Source: Octopus sinensis (lineage: Eukaryota). Taken from it: a stretch of 21,227 nt of DNA. The position numbers and the translations under genes were made by a program. The stretch is taken from positions 1 through 21,227 of the forward strand of contig NW_021823761.1 in NCBI RefSeq assembly GCF_006345805.1, given 5' to 3'. This document shows positions 1 to 10,696 of the stretch, in pieces. The notes below the pieces were generated by a model that saw only the letters and a program-made list of their open reading frames with translations, was not told where the DNA came from and did no database searches. Numbering within the stretch: the first letter of the stretch is position 1; every line of letters starts with the position of its first letter.

Positions 1-178
1 AGAAGAAGAAGACTTCACTTTAAAACCGTTCTGGGAGATTTTATTCGTAACAGGAGAGAAGGACGGAGCTTACACACAACTCCGAGGTTTTTGCAATACA
101 TTTTAATTTTTTTTTTTTTTCGTCGTCGTCCCTTCAACTTACTTCTTCCTAGGATAAACTTTTTTTTGGTTGGAAAAC

Positions 179-373
179 GCACACACACAACACACACACT
201 CACACACACACTCACACACAAACACACAAACACATACACACACAAACACACACATACAGACAAAAGAACACACACATGCCTTCACAATTGCTTTATTGAA
301 AATTATTTCTGTTTTGTTTTCGTCGTAGCCTATTACCATTAAAACAACAACAACAACAACAGCAGCAAACGAA

Positions 374-408
<35 letters not shown>

Positions 409-560
409 CACACGCATATATATACATACATACATATATATATATATCAGAAATAATATTTTTTATTATTGTTGATTATTATTGTTATTATTATTATTAT
501 TATTGATATTATCGTTGTTATTTCTTCATTGTTATTCTAATCGTTGTGATTATTATATCT
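179..560. repeat. Compound microsatellite tract (CA)n/(CAA)n/(TA)n/(ATT)n upstream of the candidate exon
   Basis: Directly visible: CA-rich 179-276, CAA about 343-360, TA 376-447, degenerate ATT 464-560. Confidence 0.9.
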
Positions 561-991
561 CATCATTATTTTACTAATTACCATTAGTAATAATACCAGT
601 AATAAATAACAACAATAATTAATAGTAATAATTAAAGTTAATAATATTAAAGACTATATTTTCACGTATAAGCTGACATACACACACATTAATACAAATA
701 CACCTATTCTTACAGATATATATATATATATATATATATACATACATATATGTATATGTTTATATATTAGATCATATACATATATATATATATATATGAG
801 TGTGTGTGTATGCACAGGCGCACACCCTCACGTACACATAGCACCCACATATTACAAGCACACATATAATCACCATCATCATCATCATCTTCATCATTTT
901 CATCATCATCACGCTTTTTCTATTTCACAATAATTTTTTTAAAAAAAAGAAGGAAAAGGGAAAAATCGCTTTAAACAACACCCTCAAAATC

Positions 992-1064
992 ATGTACCAA
1001 CTTCATTCACTGGTATTACTCACGCTACAAATGGTGTTATTACCTGTAAATTTCGGAAAAACAG
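992..1064 (+). CDS. Probable first coding exon (signal peptide) of a secreted or membrane protein; partial
   Basis: A-rich start context AAAATC-ATG at 992. 24 codons give MYQLHSLVLLTLQMVLLPVNFGKT with a hydrophobic core (LVLLTLQMVLL). The exon ends at CAG|GTAAGA (GT at 1065-1066), a consensus donor in phase 1, typical of signal-peptide exons. The protein family is not identifiable from 24 aa. Confidence 0.65.
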
Positions 1065-1246
1065 GTAAGACAAATATAGTTTTTCTTCTCTTTTTCTATT
1101 CTTCTCTGTGTTATAATGATCATTATTATTTTTACACCTCTTTTTTGAAGGCCTTTACTTGATGGAGTGACACAACAAACGTATAACTATCTTTACTCAC
1201 GGACACACACACACACACGTTTACTTAAAACCCGTCCACATAATGC

Positions 1247-1294
<48 letters not shown>

Positions 1295-1375
1295 ATTAAT
1301 ACCCATCTGCGTGTGAGTGTATTTACGTATGCAGATTCGTACTAACGCGTGTACATGTCTATATAGGTATGCTCG

Positions 1376-1445
1376 CTGGTGCGGCCGTATGAATTGGCAT
1401 CGTGTTCGATTAGTTCCGGTTCGATCCCGTAGCGCAACACCTGAT
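1376..1445 (+). mobile_element. Old, degenerate tRNA-derived SINE head
   Basis: Perfect Pol III B-box GGTTCGATCCC at 1418-1428, followed by GCGCAACACCTG resembling family A GCGTGGCACCTTG. The A-box is decayed. Confidence 0.35.
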
Positions 1446-1764
1446 TTATTTTGGTTTTTTTTTTTGTAATATTTTCTTATTATTATTATTGACTATAGTC
1501 AGAGATTGAGTAAATTCTATGTGAGAAATTAGATTGACTGGGAACCATACGGGAAAATTGCATGTGTTCACACACACACACACACCTATACGACTGTCTG
1601 TCTATATACCTATAGGAGTGTCATATACATATACAAGTGTTTGTATGTATAAATGTGTGTGTGTATATATATACACATACATATATATATAAACACATAT
1701 ATATACATACACGTCTGTGTATGTATATATGTATATGTTTATATAGAGAGATATAGAAACAAAC

Positions 1765-1765
<1 letters not shown>

Positions 1766-1824
<59 letters not shown>

Positions 1825-1825
1825 G

Positions 1826-1923
<98 letters not shown>
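1766..1923. repeat. (GATA)n microsatellite
   Basis: Near-perfect AGAT tandem run. Confidence 0.98.
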
Positions 1924-1924
<1 letters not shown>

Positions 1925-2139
1925 GGACAAATCCGTGTGACTTAAAGATAGTAAAGGAAGTACTGTCTACTCAATACACCCGGGAGAAATGTGCATAATA
2001 TTTATATGAGAAAGTCAAGAAAACTGAAAACCTTTTAAGTCATATACATGCATATACATATGTGTGTGTATGTGTGTGAGTGTGTAAGTGTGTGGAGATG
2101 TATATATATATATGAGTGTGTGTCCTTGTGTGTGTTGTG

Positions 2140-2555
2140 AATGGTTTTGAAGTAAGAGGCTGGCTTCCCAACCATATAGTTCTGGGTTCAACCCCTATTG
2201 TATGGTATCTTGGGATTGTGTCTTCTACAAAAGCTTCGTGTGGACCAAGAGTTCTGGGTCTTCACGGAAACTGAAAGAAATCCGTCGTGTTTGTGTGTGT
2301 GTCTGCGTGTGTGTTTGCGTGAGTGTGTGTTCGTATATATATATATATACAAGCATGTGTGTATCTGAGGATTGGTGTTTGTGCTTCATTGATGGCTTCA
2401 TAACCGGTGTTGATTTGTTTACGTCCCTGTAACTTAGAAGAAGTACCAGGCGTAAGGTAAAATAAATTCATTTGAGTCGTTCCGTTCAACCAAAACCCTT
2501 CAAGGCATTTTTCTCACCATGGCCGCAATCCAATGAGTGATGCAGGAGAAATGTA
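2140..2555 (+). mobile_element. SINE family A, diverged copy
   Basis: Recognisable motifs GGGTTCAACCCC (B-box-like), GGAAACTGAAAGAAATCCGTCGT, an internal TG/TA microsatellite, GTTTACGTCCCTGTAACTTAG and CATGGCCGCAATCCAATGA match the younger copies at 13217 and 20690. Confidence 0.7.
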
Positions 2556-2559
2556 ATAG

Positions 2560-2562
2560 ATT

Positions 2563-2606
<44 letters not shown>

Positions 2607-2664
2607 GAGAGACAGAGAGGCAGAGAGACGAACGGACGGAAAGACAGACAGTCACAGAAGAATG

Positions 2665-2721
<57 letters not shown>

Positions 2722-3003
2722 GTAGACAGACAGCAGATAGATAGAAAGATAGATACATACATACATACATACAGAAAGACCGACAGACAGACATATATAT
2801 ATATGCATATGTATGTGTGTGTGTGTGTATATGTGTGTATCTACGTGTGTGTGTGTGTGTGTGTGTACGTATGTATATACAAATATACATGTGTAAAGAG
2901 TGCGTGTATGTAAATATATTTCTATATGAGTGCTTGTGTGTGTATGTGTGTGAGTGTGTGTGTTGTTTGTGGGCGGGTGAGTGGGTGCGCGCATATATAT
3001 ACA
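2560..3003. repeat. Compound microsatellite (GATA/GA/GACA/TACA/TG)
   Basis: Directly visible. Confidence 0.95.
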
Positions 3004-3278
3004 TGAGCATACTTGTACGATTGGGGATGAGGTTATATAAAGATGCAAGTGCGTCAAAGATTTTGACTATCAAGAAAAACCGGTGCCACTTTGGAAGGCT
3101 TTACCGGCATCAGGGTAAGAACGAGTGACGTATCATTTCGACAAATGGTGAGCGCTAAAATAAGTCGCCATACAGAAGTACATGTGATCGGCCCTTCCTA
3201 GCGGTGCTCCAGCATGACCACTGCGTATATACATCTATAACGCCGAGGCTGCATGCGAATATATATGTAGGTATATGT

Positions 3279-3753
3279 TGTGTGTGTGTGTGTGTGTATG
3301 TGTGTGTGTGTGTGCGTGTGTATCTGTGTCTGTGTGTGTATCTGTGTCTGTGTGTCTGTGTGTGTACGTGTGTATACCCACACACATTTATACATAGATA
3401 AATTTCATCATGTTTCATCATTCACACGTGTTTGTGTTTGTGGGCGTCTGTGTGTATGTGTGTGAGTACGCGCGCGAATGTGTATGTGTGTGTGTGTACA
3501 TGTGTGTGTGTGTACATGTGTGTGTGTGTACATGTGTGTGTACATGTGTGTGTACATGTGTGTGTGTATTTCTGTTTTAAACTATTTCATGTTGCTTATA
3601 TGCATTTGTTGTGAGTGATCTTTGACTTGAAAATATACACACACACATACATACATACATACATACATACATACATACATACATACACGTACATGTCTGA
3701 GTGTGTGTGTATGTGTGTGTGTGTGCGTATACATACCTACATACATACATACT

Positions 3754-3788
<35 letters not shown>

Positions 3789-3900
3789 TGCCCACCCCCT
3801 CTCTCTCTCTCTCTATATATATATATAAAGTGTAAGAGATAGATAGATAGATAAATAGATATGCGTCTGTGTGTATATTATATATATATACATACATACG
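3279..3900. repeat. Compound microsatellite (TG/TACA/TA/TC)
   Basis: Directly visible. Confidence 0.9.
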
Positions 3901-4491
3901 CACATAATTACATACATATATAACTACGCACACACACACGACTATACACTCACACCGACCTAACTTAATGTACCTCTTCGTACACATACATATGGTTACT
4001 ATCGGTACGTAAGTCAGAATAGCGTTTCAAAAAACGAAGTCCCAAAGCAATTATTTAAAAGATCCCTTTATATAAAATCGTCTTGTTCTTGTTATTCATG
4101 ATCATTAGTAGTAGTAGTAGTAGTATATTTGTTATGATAGGTCCCAGGTGTGTTGGAATTTGTAGAAACAGGGCTAGAAAGACAAATGATAAAATGCTGA
4201 AGTCTTTTATTTTCATTCTTTGAAAAACAAAAAGAAAACGAACCGTTTTCTTGGAGGGTTAAACGAGTCTCCTGCTGCGGCGAGACGTTTGCTTAAGGAA
4301 AAGTACATAGCAGTAATTACACAGGGGAATTTACTGTGTGGTGCATTGTAGGCTATTCGCTACTGAATTTGGCCTTGAACCTTGTGAAATGACAACAATC
4401 AATATTAGAATATCCCCTTCGACAAGAAATGAACCGGGATAATCGATAAATTATGAAAAAAAAATGTATACATACATTCGTACATCTCATT

Positions 4492-4515
4492 CTCTATCTC
4501 TTTTTTCTCTCTCTT

Positions 4516-4560
<45 letters not shown>

Positions 4561-4644
4561 ATCTATCTATCTCTCTATTATCTGTATATACATATATATG
4601 TACGCATGTATATATGCTTGCATGTACGCATATATATATATATA

Positions 4645-4687
<43 letters not shown>

Positions 4688-4734
4688 TAGATAGATAGAC
4701 AGAAAGACAGACAGACATAGAGACAGACAGACAT

Positions 4735-4805
<71 letters not shown>

Positions 4806-4862
4806 TACACAAGCATACATATGTATGTGTATATACATATGTCAATATATACATACATGCAT
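4492..4862. repeat. Compound microsatellite (TC/TATC/TA/GA/GATA)
   Basis: Directly visible; pure GATA about 4735-4803. Confidence 0.95.
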
Positions 4863-4864
4863 AC

Positions 4865-5143
4865 ATTTGACTGTGGCCATGCTGGAGCACCGCCTTAAAC
4901 GGTTTTAGTCGAAGAAATCGACCCCGGGACTTATTCTTTGTAAGCCGAGTACTTGTTCTATCGGTCCATTTTGCTGAACCGCTATACTACAGGGACATAA
5001 ACATACCAGCATCGGTTGTCAAGTGATGCCGGGTGGACACACACACACACACAAACGCACACACACACACACAAACGCACACACACACGCACACACATAA
5101 ATATGTACACATATATATCTATACAACGGGCATCTTTCGTTTT
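4865..5143 (-). mobile_element. SINE family A, 5'-truncated (3' half plus internal microsatellite)
   Basis: Reverse complement of the family A 3' half (ATTTGACTGTGGCCATGCTGGAGCACCGCC...GCATCGGTTGTCAAG), then a CA run, then ACAACGGGCATCTTTCG. No tRNA head. Confidence 0.85.
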
Positions 5144-5523
5144 TTATATAGAACGGGTGTAGAGTTATAAACACGTGGAAAAATGTAGAAAAATTCGTGG
5201 AGGAATAACTAAGACGTTTGTTTCACAAACTTGACGCCCTAAGCGGCAAGTAGCTTGTATCATATGCTAGGCTCTACCCAAGACATTTTATGAATATTCG
5301 CCGGATGGATCGTACATAGCGTCAATTATTGACAGAGAATTCTTTTCGTACCATATTTCTCTCTGTGCGGATTACGTAAATATTTCACATGCTTATGTGG
5401 GATATTGTGTCACGTCTGCTACAGTTCAGTGAATATGGTGTTCAGCTGATTAAACTGAGAATATTCGTCATCATAATAGACTCATAATTACTCCCTGTGG
5501 GTGTGTGTGGTGTGTGTTGTATA

Positions 5524-5963
5524 AGCGCAGGCGTGGTTTTATAGTGAGAGGCTCGCTTCCGAATCACAGGGCTCCGAGTTCAGTCCCACTGCGTGGCACC
5601 TTGGGCCAGTGTCTTCTGCTGTAGTCTCGAGTCGACCACAGCCTTGAATGGATTTGGTAGACGGAAACCGAAAGAAGTTCGTCGTATATGTGTGCGTGTG
5701 CGTGTGTGACTGTGTGTGTGTATGTGTGTCTGTGTGTGTTGTGTGTCTGTGTGCGTATGTGTGTGCTCGTCCCCCCCATGACCGCTTGACAACTGATGGT
5801 GGTATGTCTACGTTCCCGTAACTTAGCAGTTCGGTAATCGAGTCCGATAGAATAAGTACTTGGCTTAAAAAATAAGTCCTCGAGTAGATTTGTTCGACTA
5901 GAAACCCTTTAAGGTGGTGCTCCAGCACTGCCGCAGTCAAATGACTGAAACAAGCAAATGAAT
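5524..5963 (+). mobile_element. SINE family A, full length
   Basis: Head with GAGTTCAGTCCC (B-box-like), CACCTTGGGCCAGTGTCTTCT, an internal TG tract, and 3' end GGTGCTCCAGCACTGCCGCAGTCAAATGACTGAAACAAG. Confidence 0.9.
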
Positions 5964-6769
5964 ATATGAGGCGTTTAGTAAGAGTCGTAAGAGCGACCCC
6001 GGCCATTTTTGAGGTTAGTATATCATTTTCTTTGTCTCGATATCTAGAATCTGAAAAAGTTGGGAGGAAGGACCGGTGAGGCTTGCAATAAGGCCGAAAA
6101 TCCGGCTGAAAAGAATTGTACCTCGACGCTATTGACATGACGCTCGCTCACCCTATCTCGGACCAGAAAGTTTAGTAACGCACCTTCATAACCACGCTCA
6201 CTCAATCAATAACTTTGGTATGTTCCCTGTATTGTTTTTTGAGGTGTTATGGCTCATTCTCTACTATTCCTCGTTATCATCTTGTTATCTTGTCTTACCT
6301 CTTAAAAATACTTACCTTGGTATATTAAAACACAAAAATACCTTTGTGGGGTCTCTATACGTTTTTCCACGGTATTATAGCTATAATATGCAATGCGATA
6401 CACCATTCTATAGTACCGGTATATTCTACAAAATGAGAAAAACGCAGTCATTGTTTCAACTTTCAGATGCATGCATAAATAGCTAATTGTACGTAGATGC
6501 AGTGGTTAGAGGAGGTCTTCACGGTCATTTTAAGACCAGAACCAGCTTCCTAACTTCATTCCTTGCTGAGATATCGCATTCTGAAAGTCGCGAGACTGCT
6601 TGAGTTTTTCTCGGTTTTTAAGTTGTGACGCTTACGACAGTCTGTTACTAAACGCCTCATATGTACACAGACATAAGAAAAATAAATAGACACCCTTATA
6701 ATCTTCAAAATTTATTTAAATCTGAAATTATACATTGAAATTACTTATTAATTGCTATAATGTGACTAC

Positions 6770-7002
6770 CTAATATTTAGTAGATATGCCCTTTGCATTT
6801 TTCAATGCAAGGACTCTGTTGGACATGTTACTGATCAGATGGTGAATATTCTCTTGCGGAATTTCTTGCCAAGTTTCATGCAATAATCTCACCAGATCTG
6901 GCTTTGAGGATGCTTTTACGGCGTGCCCTGTCCATTATGCCCCAGAGTTGTTCAATAGGGTTCATATCTGGCTACGGAAGCTTTTTAATACCATTCTCAT
7001 CC
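6770..7002 (-). pseudogene. Tc1/mariner (Tc1-like) transposase C-terminal relic
   Basis: Manual minus-strand translation gives DENGIKKLP*PDMNPIEQLWGIMDR (compare the Tc1 motif WPxQSPDLNPIExLW). After a frameshift it reads LHETWQEIPQENIHHLISNMSNRVLALKNAKGISTKY*, the typical Tc1 ending. Stop at 6770-6772; AATAAA on the minus strand at 6711-6716. Internal stop and frameshift make it nonfunctional. Confidence 0.85.
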
Positions 7003-7080
7003 TGGGGGTCGATTTGCTCGACTAAAGGCGGTGCTCCAGCATGGCGGCAGCCCCAAATGACTGAAACAAATAAAAGAATA
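7001..7080 (+). mobile_element. SINE family A, 3'-terminal fragment
   Basis: GGGGGTCGATTTGCTCGACTAAAGGCGGTGCTCCAGCATGG...AAATGACTGAAACAAATAAAAGA. Confidence 0.85.
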
Positions 7081-7082
7081 TT

Positions 7083-7312
7083 TATTTCTTTACTACCCAC
7101 AAGGGGCTAAACACAGAGGGGACAAACAAGGACAGACAAAGGGATTAAGTCGATTATATCGACATCAGTGCGTAACTGGTACTTAATTTATCGACCCCGA
7201 GAGGATGAAAGGCAAAGTCGACCTCGGCGGAATTTGAACTCGGAACGTAACGGCAGACGAAATACGGCTACGCATTTCGCCCGGCGTGCTCATGCTTCTG
7301 CCAGCTCGCCGT
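7083..7312 (-). mobile_element. SINE family B (tRNA-like head plus GCCTTTCATCC...GGGGTCGATAAA domain)
   Basis: Reverse complement matches the + copies at 8296, 10022 and 10697: GGCGAGCTGGCAGAA head, GAGTTCAAATTCC B-box, conserved central domain. Confidence 0.9.
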
Positions 7313-7330
7313 CTTAAAAGAATATTGTAT

Positions 7331-7555
7331 GAGGGTTGCATTCACGATCGCGATCGTTACCGGGTGTTCTGCGTTGTGTTGTGTTCTTGAGCAAAACGCT
7401 CGGTGATGTGTTGCTCTACGGTCACCTCGACACCCGTGTGATACACCGTGAACCTGTTCAACCAGCGTCGATCGTGATGGATGGGGTGAAATAGTGTACA
7501 GCCCATGAATTTGATCACTGTAAACAAATCATTTGTGCTGGTCATTCAGTGAAAT
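7331..7555 (+). mobile_element. Diverged CORE-like SINE (family C related)
   Basis: GTTGTGTTCTTGAGCAAAAC motif shared with the element at 18552-18885; decayed tRNA-like 5' part. Confidence 0.55.
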
Positions 7556-7625
7556 GAGAACACTGATATGCTACCTTCGATGGGAAATTCCATAAATATA
7601 TGTGTGTGTGAGTGTACTCTTACAC

Positions 7626-7792
7626 TTTTACTCTTTTACTTGTTGCAGTCATTTGACCAAATCCACTCACAAGGCATTGGTCGGCCCGGGGCTATAGCAG
7701 AAGACACTTGCCCAAGGTGCCACGCAGTGGGACTGAACCCGTAACCATGTGGCTAGTAAGCAAGCTACTTACCACACAGCCACTCCTGCACC
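7626..7792 (-). mobile_element. SINE family A with a large internal deletion
   Basis: The family A tail (TTTTACTCTTTTACTTGTTGCAGTCATTTGAC) is fused directly at about 7657 to the 5' part (CAAATCCACTCACAAGGC...CACACAGCCACTCCTGCACC). Confidence 0.85.
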
Positions 7793-7857
7793 TATGAGTA
7801 CGTTAGCATAAGTGTGCAATCGTGTGCATATGTACATGTATATATGTGATCCTATAG

Positions 7858-7935
7858 TCTACCAAAAGTTGTCAGTCCATTCAAGGTTTCCTCTTCTGGC
7901 TCTAGTGTACACGACCATGGTAAACAGCTAAGTCA
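7858..7935 (-). mobile_element. Possible short RTE-LINE relic
   Basis: Minus strand reads YHGRVH...RRG...WTDN across a frameshift, resembling the RTE motif GxVxGxRxRGRPxxxWxD. Short and degenerate. Confidence 0.3.
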
Positions 7936-7970
7936 AGAATTGTCAACGTTTGATATAATATAACATAGTA

Positions 7971-8158
7971 TCCTTTCTACTCTAGGCACATGTAGAAATG
8001 AAGGTGGGTAGTCACCTACATGGATCCCTGAGCCCAACTGGTACTAATCTTATCAACTCCCGAAAGATGGAAGTCGACGGCAGTGGAATTTGAAATCAGA
8101 ACGTAAAGGCGGACAAAAAATCATTTCGTTCGGCTCGCTAACATTTCATCCTTACGCC
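7971..8158 (-). mobile_element. SINE family B, old diverged variant
   Basis: CTGGTACTAATCTTATCAACTCCCGAAAGATG-GAAGTCGAC...GGAATTTGAAATCAGAACGTAA aligns with the reverse complement of family B. Confidence 0.7.
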
Positions 8159-8219
8159 AATTCTCTCATCCTCCAACGAAAACAAAATCGCAAGTTATAT
8201 GCCAAGGTTAAAAATCAGC

Positions 8220-8294
8220 ATCATTATTATTATTATTATTATTATTATTAATATTATTATTATCATTATTATTATCATTACTATTATTATTATT
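8220..8294. repeat. (ATT)n microsatellite
   Basis: Directly visible. Confidence 0.95.
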
Positions 8295-8295
8295 C

Positions 8296-8509
8296 AGACG
8301 GCGAGCTGGTTAGAATCGTTAGTGCGGTGGACGAAATGCTTAGCGGTATTAGGCCCGTTGCTACGTCGTTCTGAATTCAAATTCCGTCGAGGTCGACTTT
8401 ACATTTCATCCTTTCGGGATCGATAAAATGAGTACCAGTTAAACACTGGTGGTCGATGTAATCGACTCATCTCCCACCCATTTGTGTCCTTGTGGCAAAA
8501 TTTGAAACT
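8296..8509 (+). mobile_element. SINE family B, short-tail variant ending CAAAATTTGAAAC plus (ATT)n
   Basis: GGCGAGCTGG head, GAATTCAAATTCC, CATCCTTTCGGGATCGATAAAATGAGTACCAG, and GTCGATGTAATCGAC hairpin. Confidence 0.9.
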
Positions 8510-8536
8510 ATCATTATTATTATTATTATTATTATT

Positions 8537-9080
8537 GAGTGAGAGAGCAGTGCATGCCATCAAAGTGACACTGGGGTAAAATATACGAAGCCCAATATAC
8601 CCATCATGACTACCCGTCTGATAAAGGTACACCAGGCACATGCATCACAACCATATGTGCGCGACATGGGGATCTCATATCAAGATAAACAGCACATGAC
8701 CTTGCAGGTGGGGCCCAGTTAGAATTTTCTTCAGGTTGAGTAGCCCATCCCGCTCAAAAGGTCCCTGAATAAGGATTGTTTAAGGTTGTTGAAAGAACCA
8801 CCCATGTTTCCAGAGGTGAGTTATTCAAACCCCAAAGAATCCCTCTCAACACATGGCCATGATGCTCCCCCACTACTTCTGCTCGTGATCAGAGATGCAC
8901 ATATCGTCAGCCACTAAGGGACATGCTCAACTGGTTAAGGTCAAACAAATGACAAGCAAATCTGTGGTATTGAGCAGAATATTTGCTGTAGCCCATCTTT
9001 TATACCAGAAACAAACAAGTACATTATAACACTTCCAAATTAAGATCAGAAGCCATGAGAGCCACTGCCTTGTACTGCAT
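8537..9080. mobile_element. Unclassified ~545-bp interspersed-repeat-like element bounded by (ATT)n on both sides
   Basis: Sharp transition from and to ATT tracts; higher GC than flanks; no ORF or tRNA head seen. It resembles a repeat I recall from octopus sequence, unverified. Orientation uncertain. Confidence 0.5.
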
Positions 9081-9124
9081 TATATTATTATATTATTATT
9101 ATTATTATTTTATTATTTTATTAC

Positions 9125-9863
9125 TTTTTTTTTTCTTCTTTCAAATTGCTATCATTTCTTGCCGAGTGGTCTTCCCGACTCCTAGGGCAAAAGAACTCAT
9201 ATATATTTGGGTAGCCATTAAACCAACTCAGTAGTTCGTTCATTTTTTTTTTTTTTTTTTTTTGAAGTTAAATTAAAATACATGAGCAGCAACAGTTCTC
9301 ACATCGACAATGCTCTTCTCATACGTGTGATGTACCAGTTAAGACAATCTTTGCACTTCTTGCAGGGATGTAAGCCAGGGATCATTCTCATATAATTTTC
9401 GGTTCCCTTCTTGATCATTCCTAGTGCTCCTACGATCACTGGTATTGTAACCGCCTTGAGATGCCACATTTTCTCAATTTCAATGAGTAGGTCTTTATAT
9501 TTTCTGAGCTTGTCAAACTCTTTCGCTGAGATATTATGACCACAGGGGATGCTCATGTCGATCAATAAGCAAACTTTATTGTTTTGGTCTTTTTAACAAC
9601 AATATCTGGTTTATTGCCTTGATGGTTCGGTCTGTATGTACTGGAAAGTCCCACAGAATGGTTACATTTTCTCCTTCAGTTACAGCCTCAGGGTGGTGAT
9701 TATACCACTTGTCGGCAGTTTTGATATTGTAATGCCGACTTATTAGCCAGTGGAGATATTGGCCAACTCTGTCATGTCTTAATTTATACTCCACTGGTGC
9801 TAAGACTTTACATCCAGAGATTAGGTGGTCCACTGTTTCAATCATGTCGTTGCAGAATCGGCA
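9125..9863 (-). mobile_element. 5'-truncated R4/Dong-like non-LTR retrotransposon: CCHC knuckle, restriction-like endonuclease and 3' UTR
   Basis: Minus strand reads CRFC...ETVDHLISGC (CCHC), EYKLRHD (RHD motif), ILWDFPVHTDRTIKA, then with frameshifts KPDIVV...LLIDMSIP (PD-D motif), EFDKLRKY, and IPVIVGALG. Stop at 9299-9301, then 3' UTR and an (AAT)n tail. Several small indels. Confidence 0.9.
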
Positions 9864-9872
9864 TTATTATTA

Positions 9873-9937
<65 letters not shown>

Positions 9938-9954
9938 TATTATTATTATTATTA

Positions 9955-10021
<67 letters not shown>
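9863..10021. repeat. (ATT)n microsatellite
   Basis: About 160 bp, near-perfect. Confidence 0.98.
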
Positions 10022-10023
<2 letters not shown>

Positions 10024-10238
10024 GGCGGTGAGCTGACAGAATCGTAAGCATGCCGGACAAAATGCTTAGCGGCATTTCATTCATCTTCAATTTCTGAGTC
10101 CAACTTCAGCCGAGGTCGAGTTTAGCTTTCATCCTTTCGGGGTCGATAAAATAAAGTACCAGTCGAGCACTTGGGTCGATGTAATCGACTTAACCCCCTC
10201 CCCCGAACTTTGCTGGTCTTGTGCCAAAATTTGAAACC
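10022..10238 (+). mobile_element. SINE family B, short-tail variant, followed by (ATT)n to 10290
   Basis: Same organisation as 8296-8509; ends GTGCCAAAATTTGAAACC-ATT. Confidence 0.9.
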
Positions 10239-10248
10239 ATTATTATTA

Positions 10249-10291
<43 letters not shown>

Positions 10292-10448
10292 GTGACACTG
10301 AAGACTGTGTGTTTGGAATCGTATGTTGGCATATTTCTGGCAACAACATCTGTTAATTTCCCACCAGGTTTTATAATTCTCACCGCTGTTGTCTCTTCCT
10401 AGTTTGAGTAAAAAGGCATGCACACACACGCACACACACACACACACT

Positions 10449-10482
<34 letters not shown>

Positions 10483-10696
10483 CACACACGTCTAAAATGG
10501 TCGATCGAGAAGCTCAGCCGCTGTCGTTCAACTGCTGGGACATCAGCGAATGAATCTCCATCGATTTTTGACGATGGGCATTCTGGTGTTCGTTCGAACC
10601 ACTGAATCCCATATTCATGAAATTAAACAGACACATACGTTTAACGTAATTCGCACATCTAATCAGATTGACAGAATGTGACAAGAATGGACGAGA

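Noticed and set aside
2-106. Open + frame at the window edge (EEEDFTLKPFWEILFVTGEKDGAYTQLRGFCNTF*) and minus mini-ORF MYCKNLGVV... (15-101)
   Set aside because: Short, truncated by the window, with no recognisable homology or strong splice support; more likely UTR or intergenic sequence.
10497-10690. Unique, moderately GC-rich stretch with short open frames
   Set aside because: No acceptor/donor pair compatible with phase 1 and no recognisable peptide.
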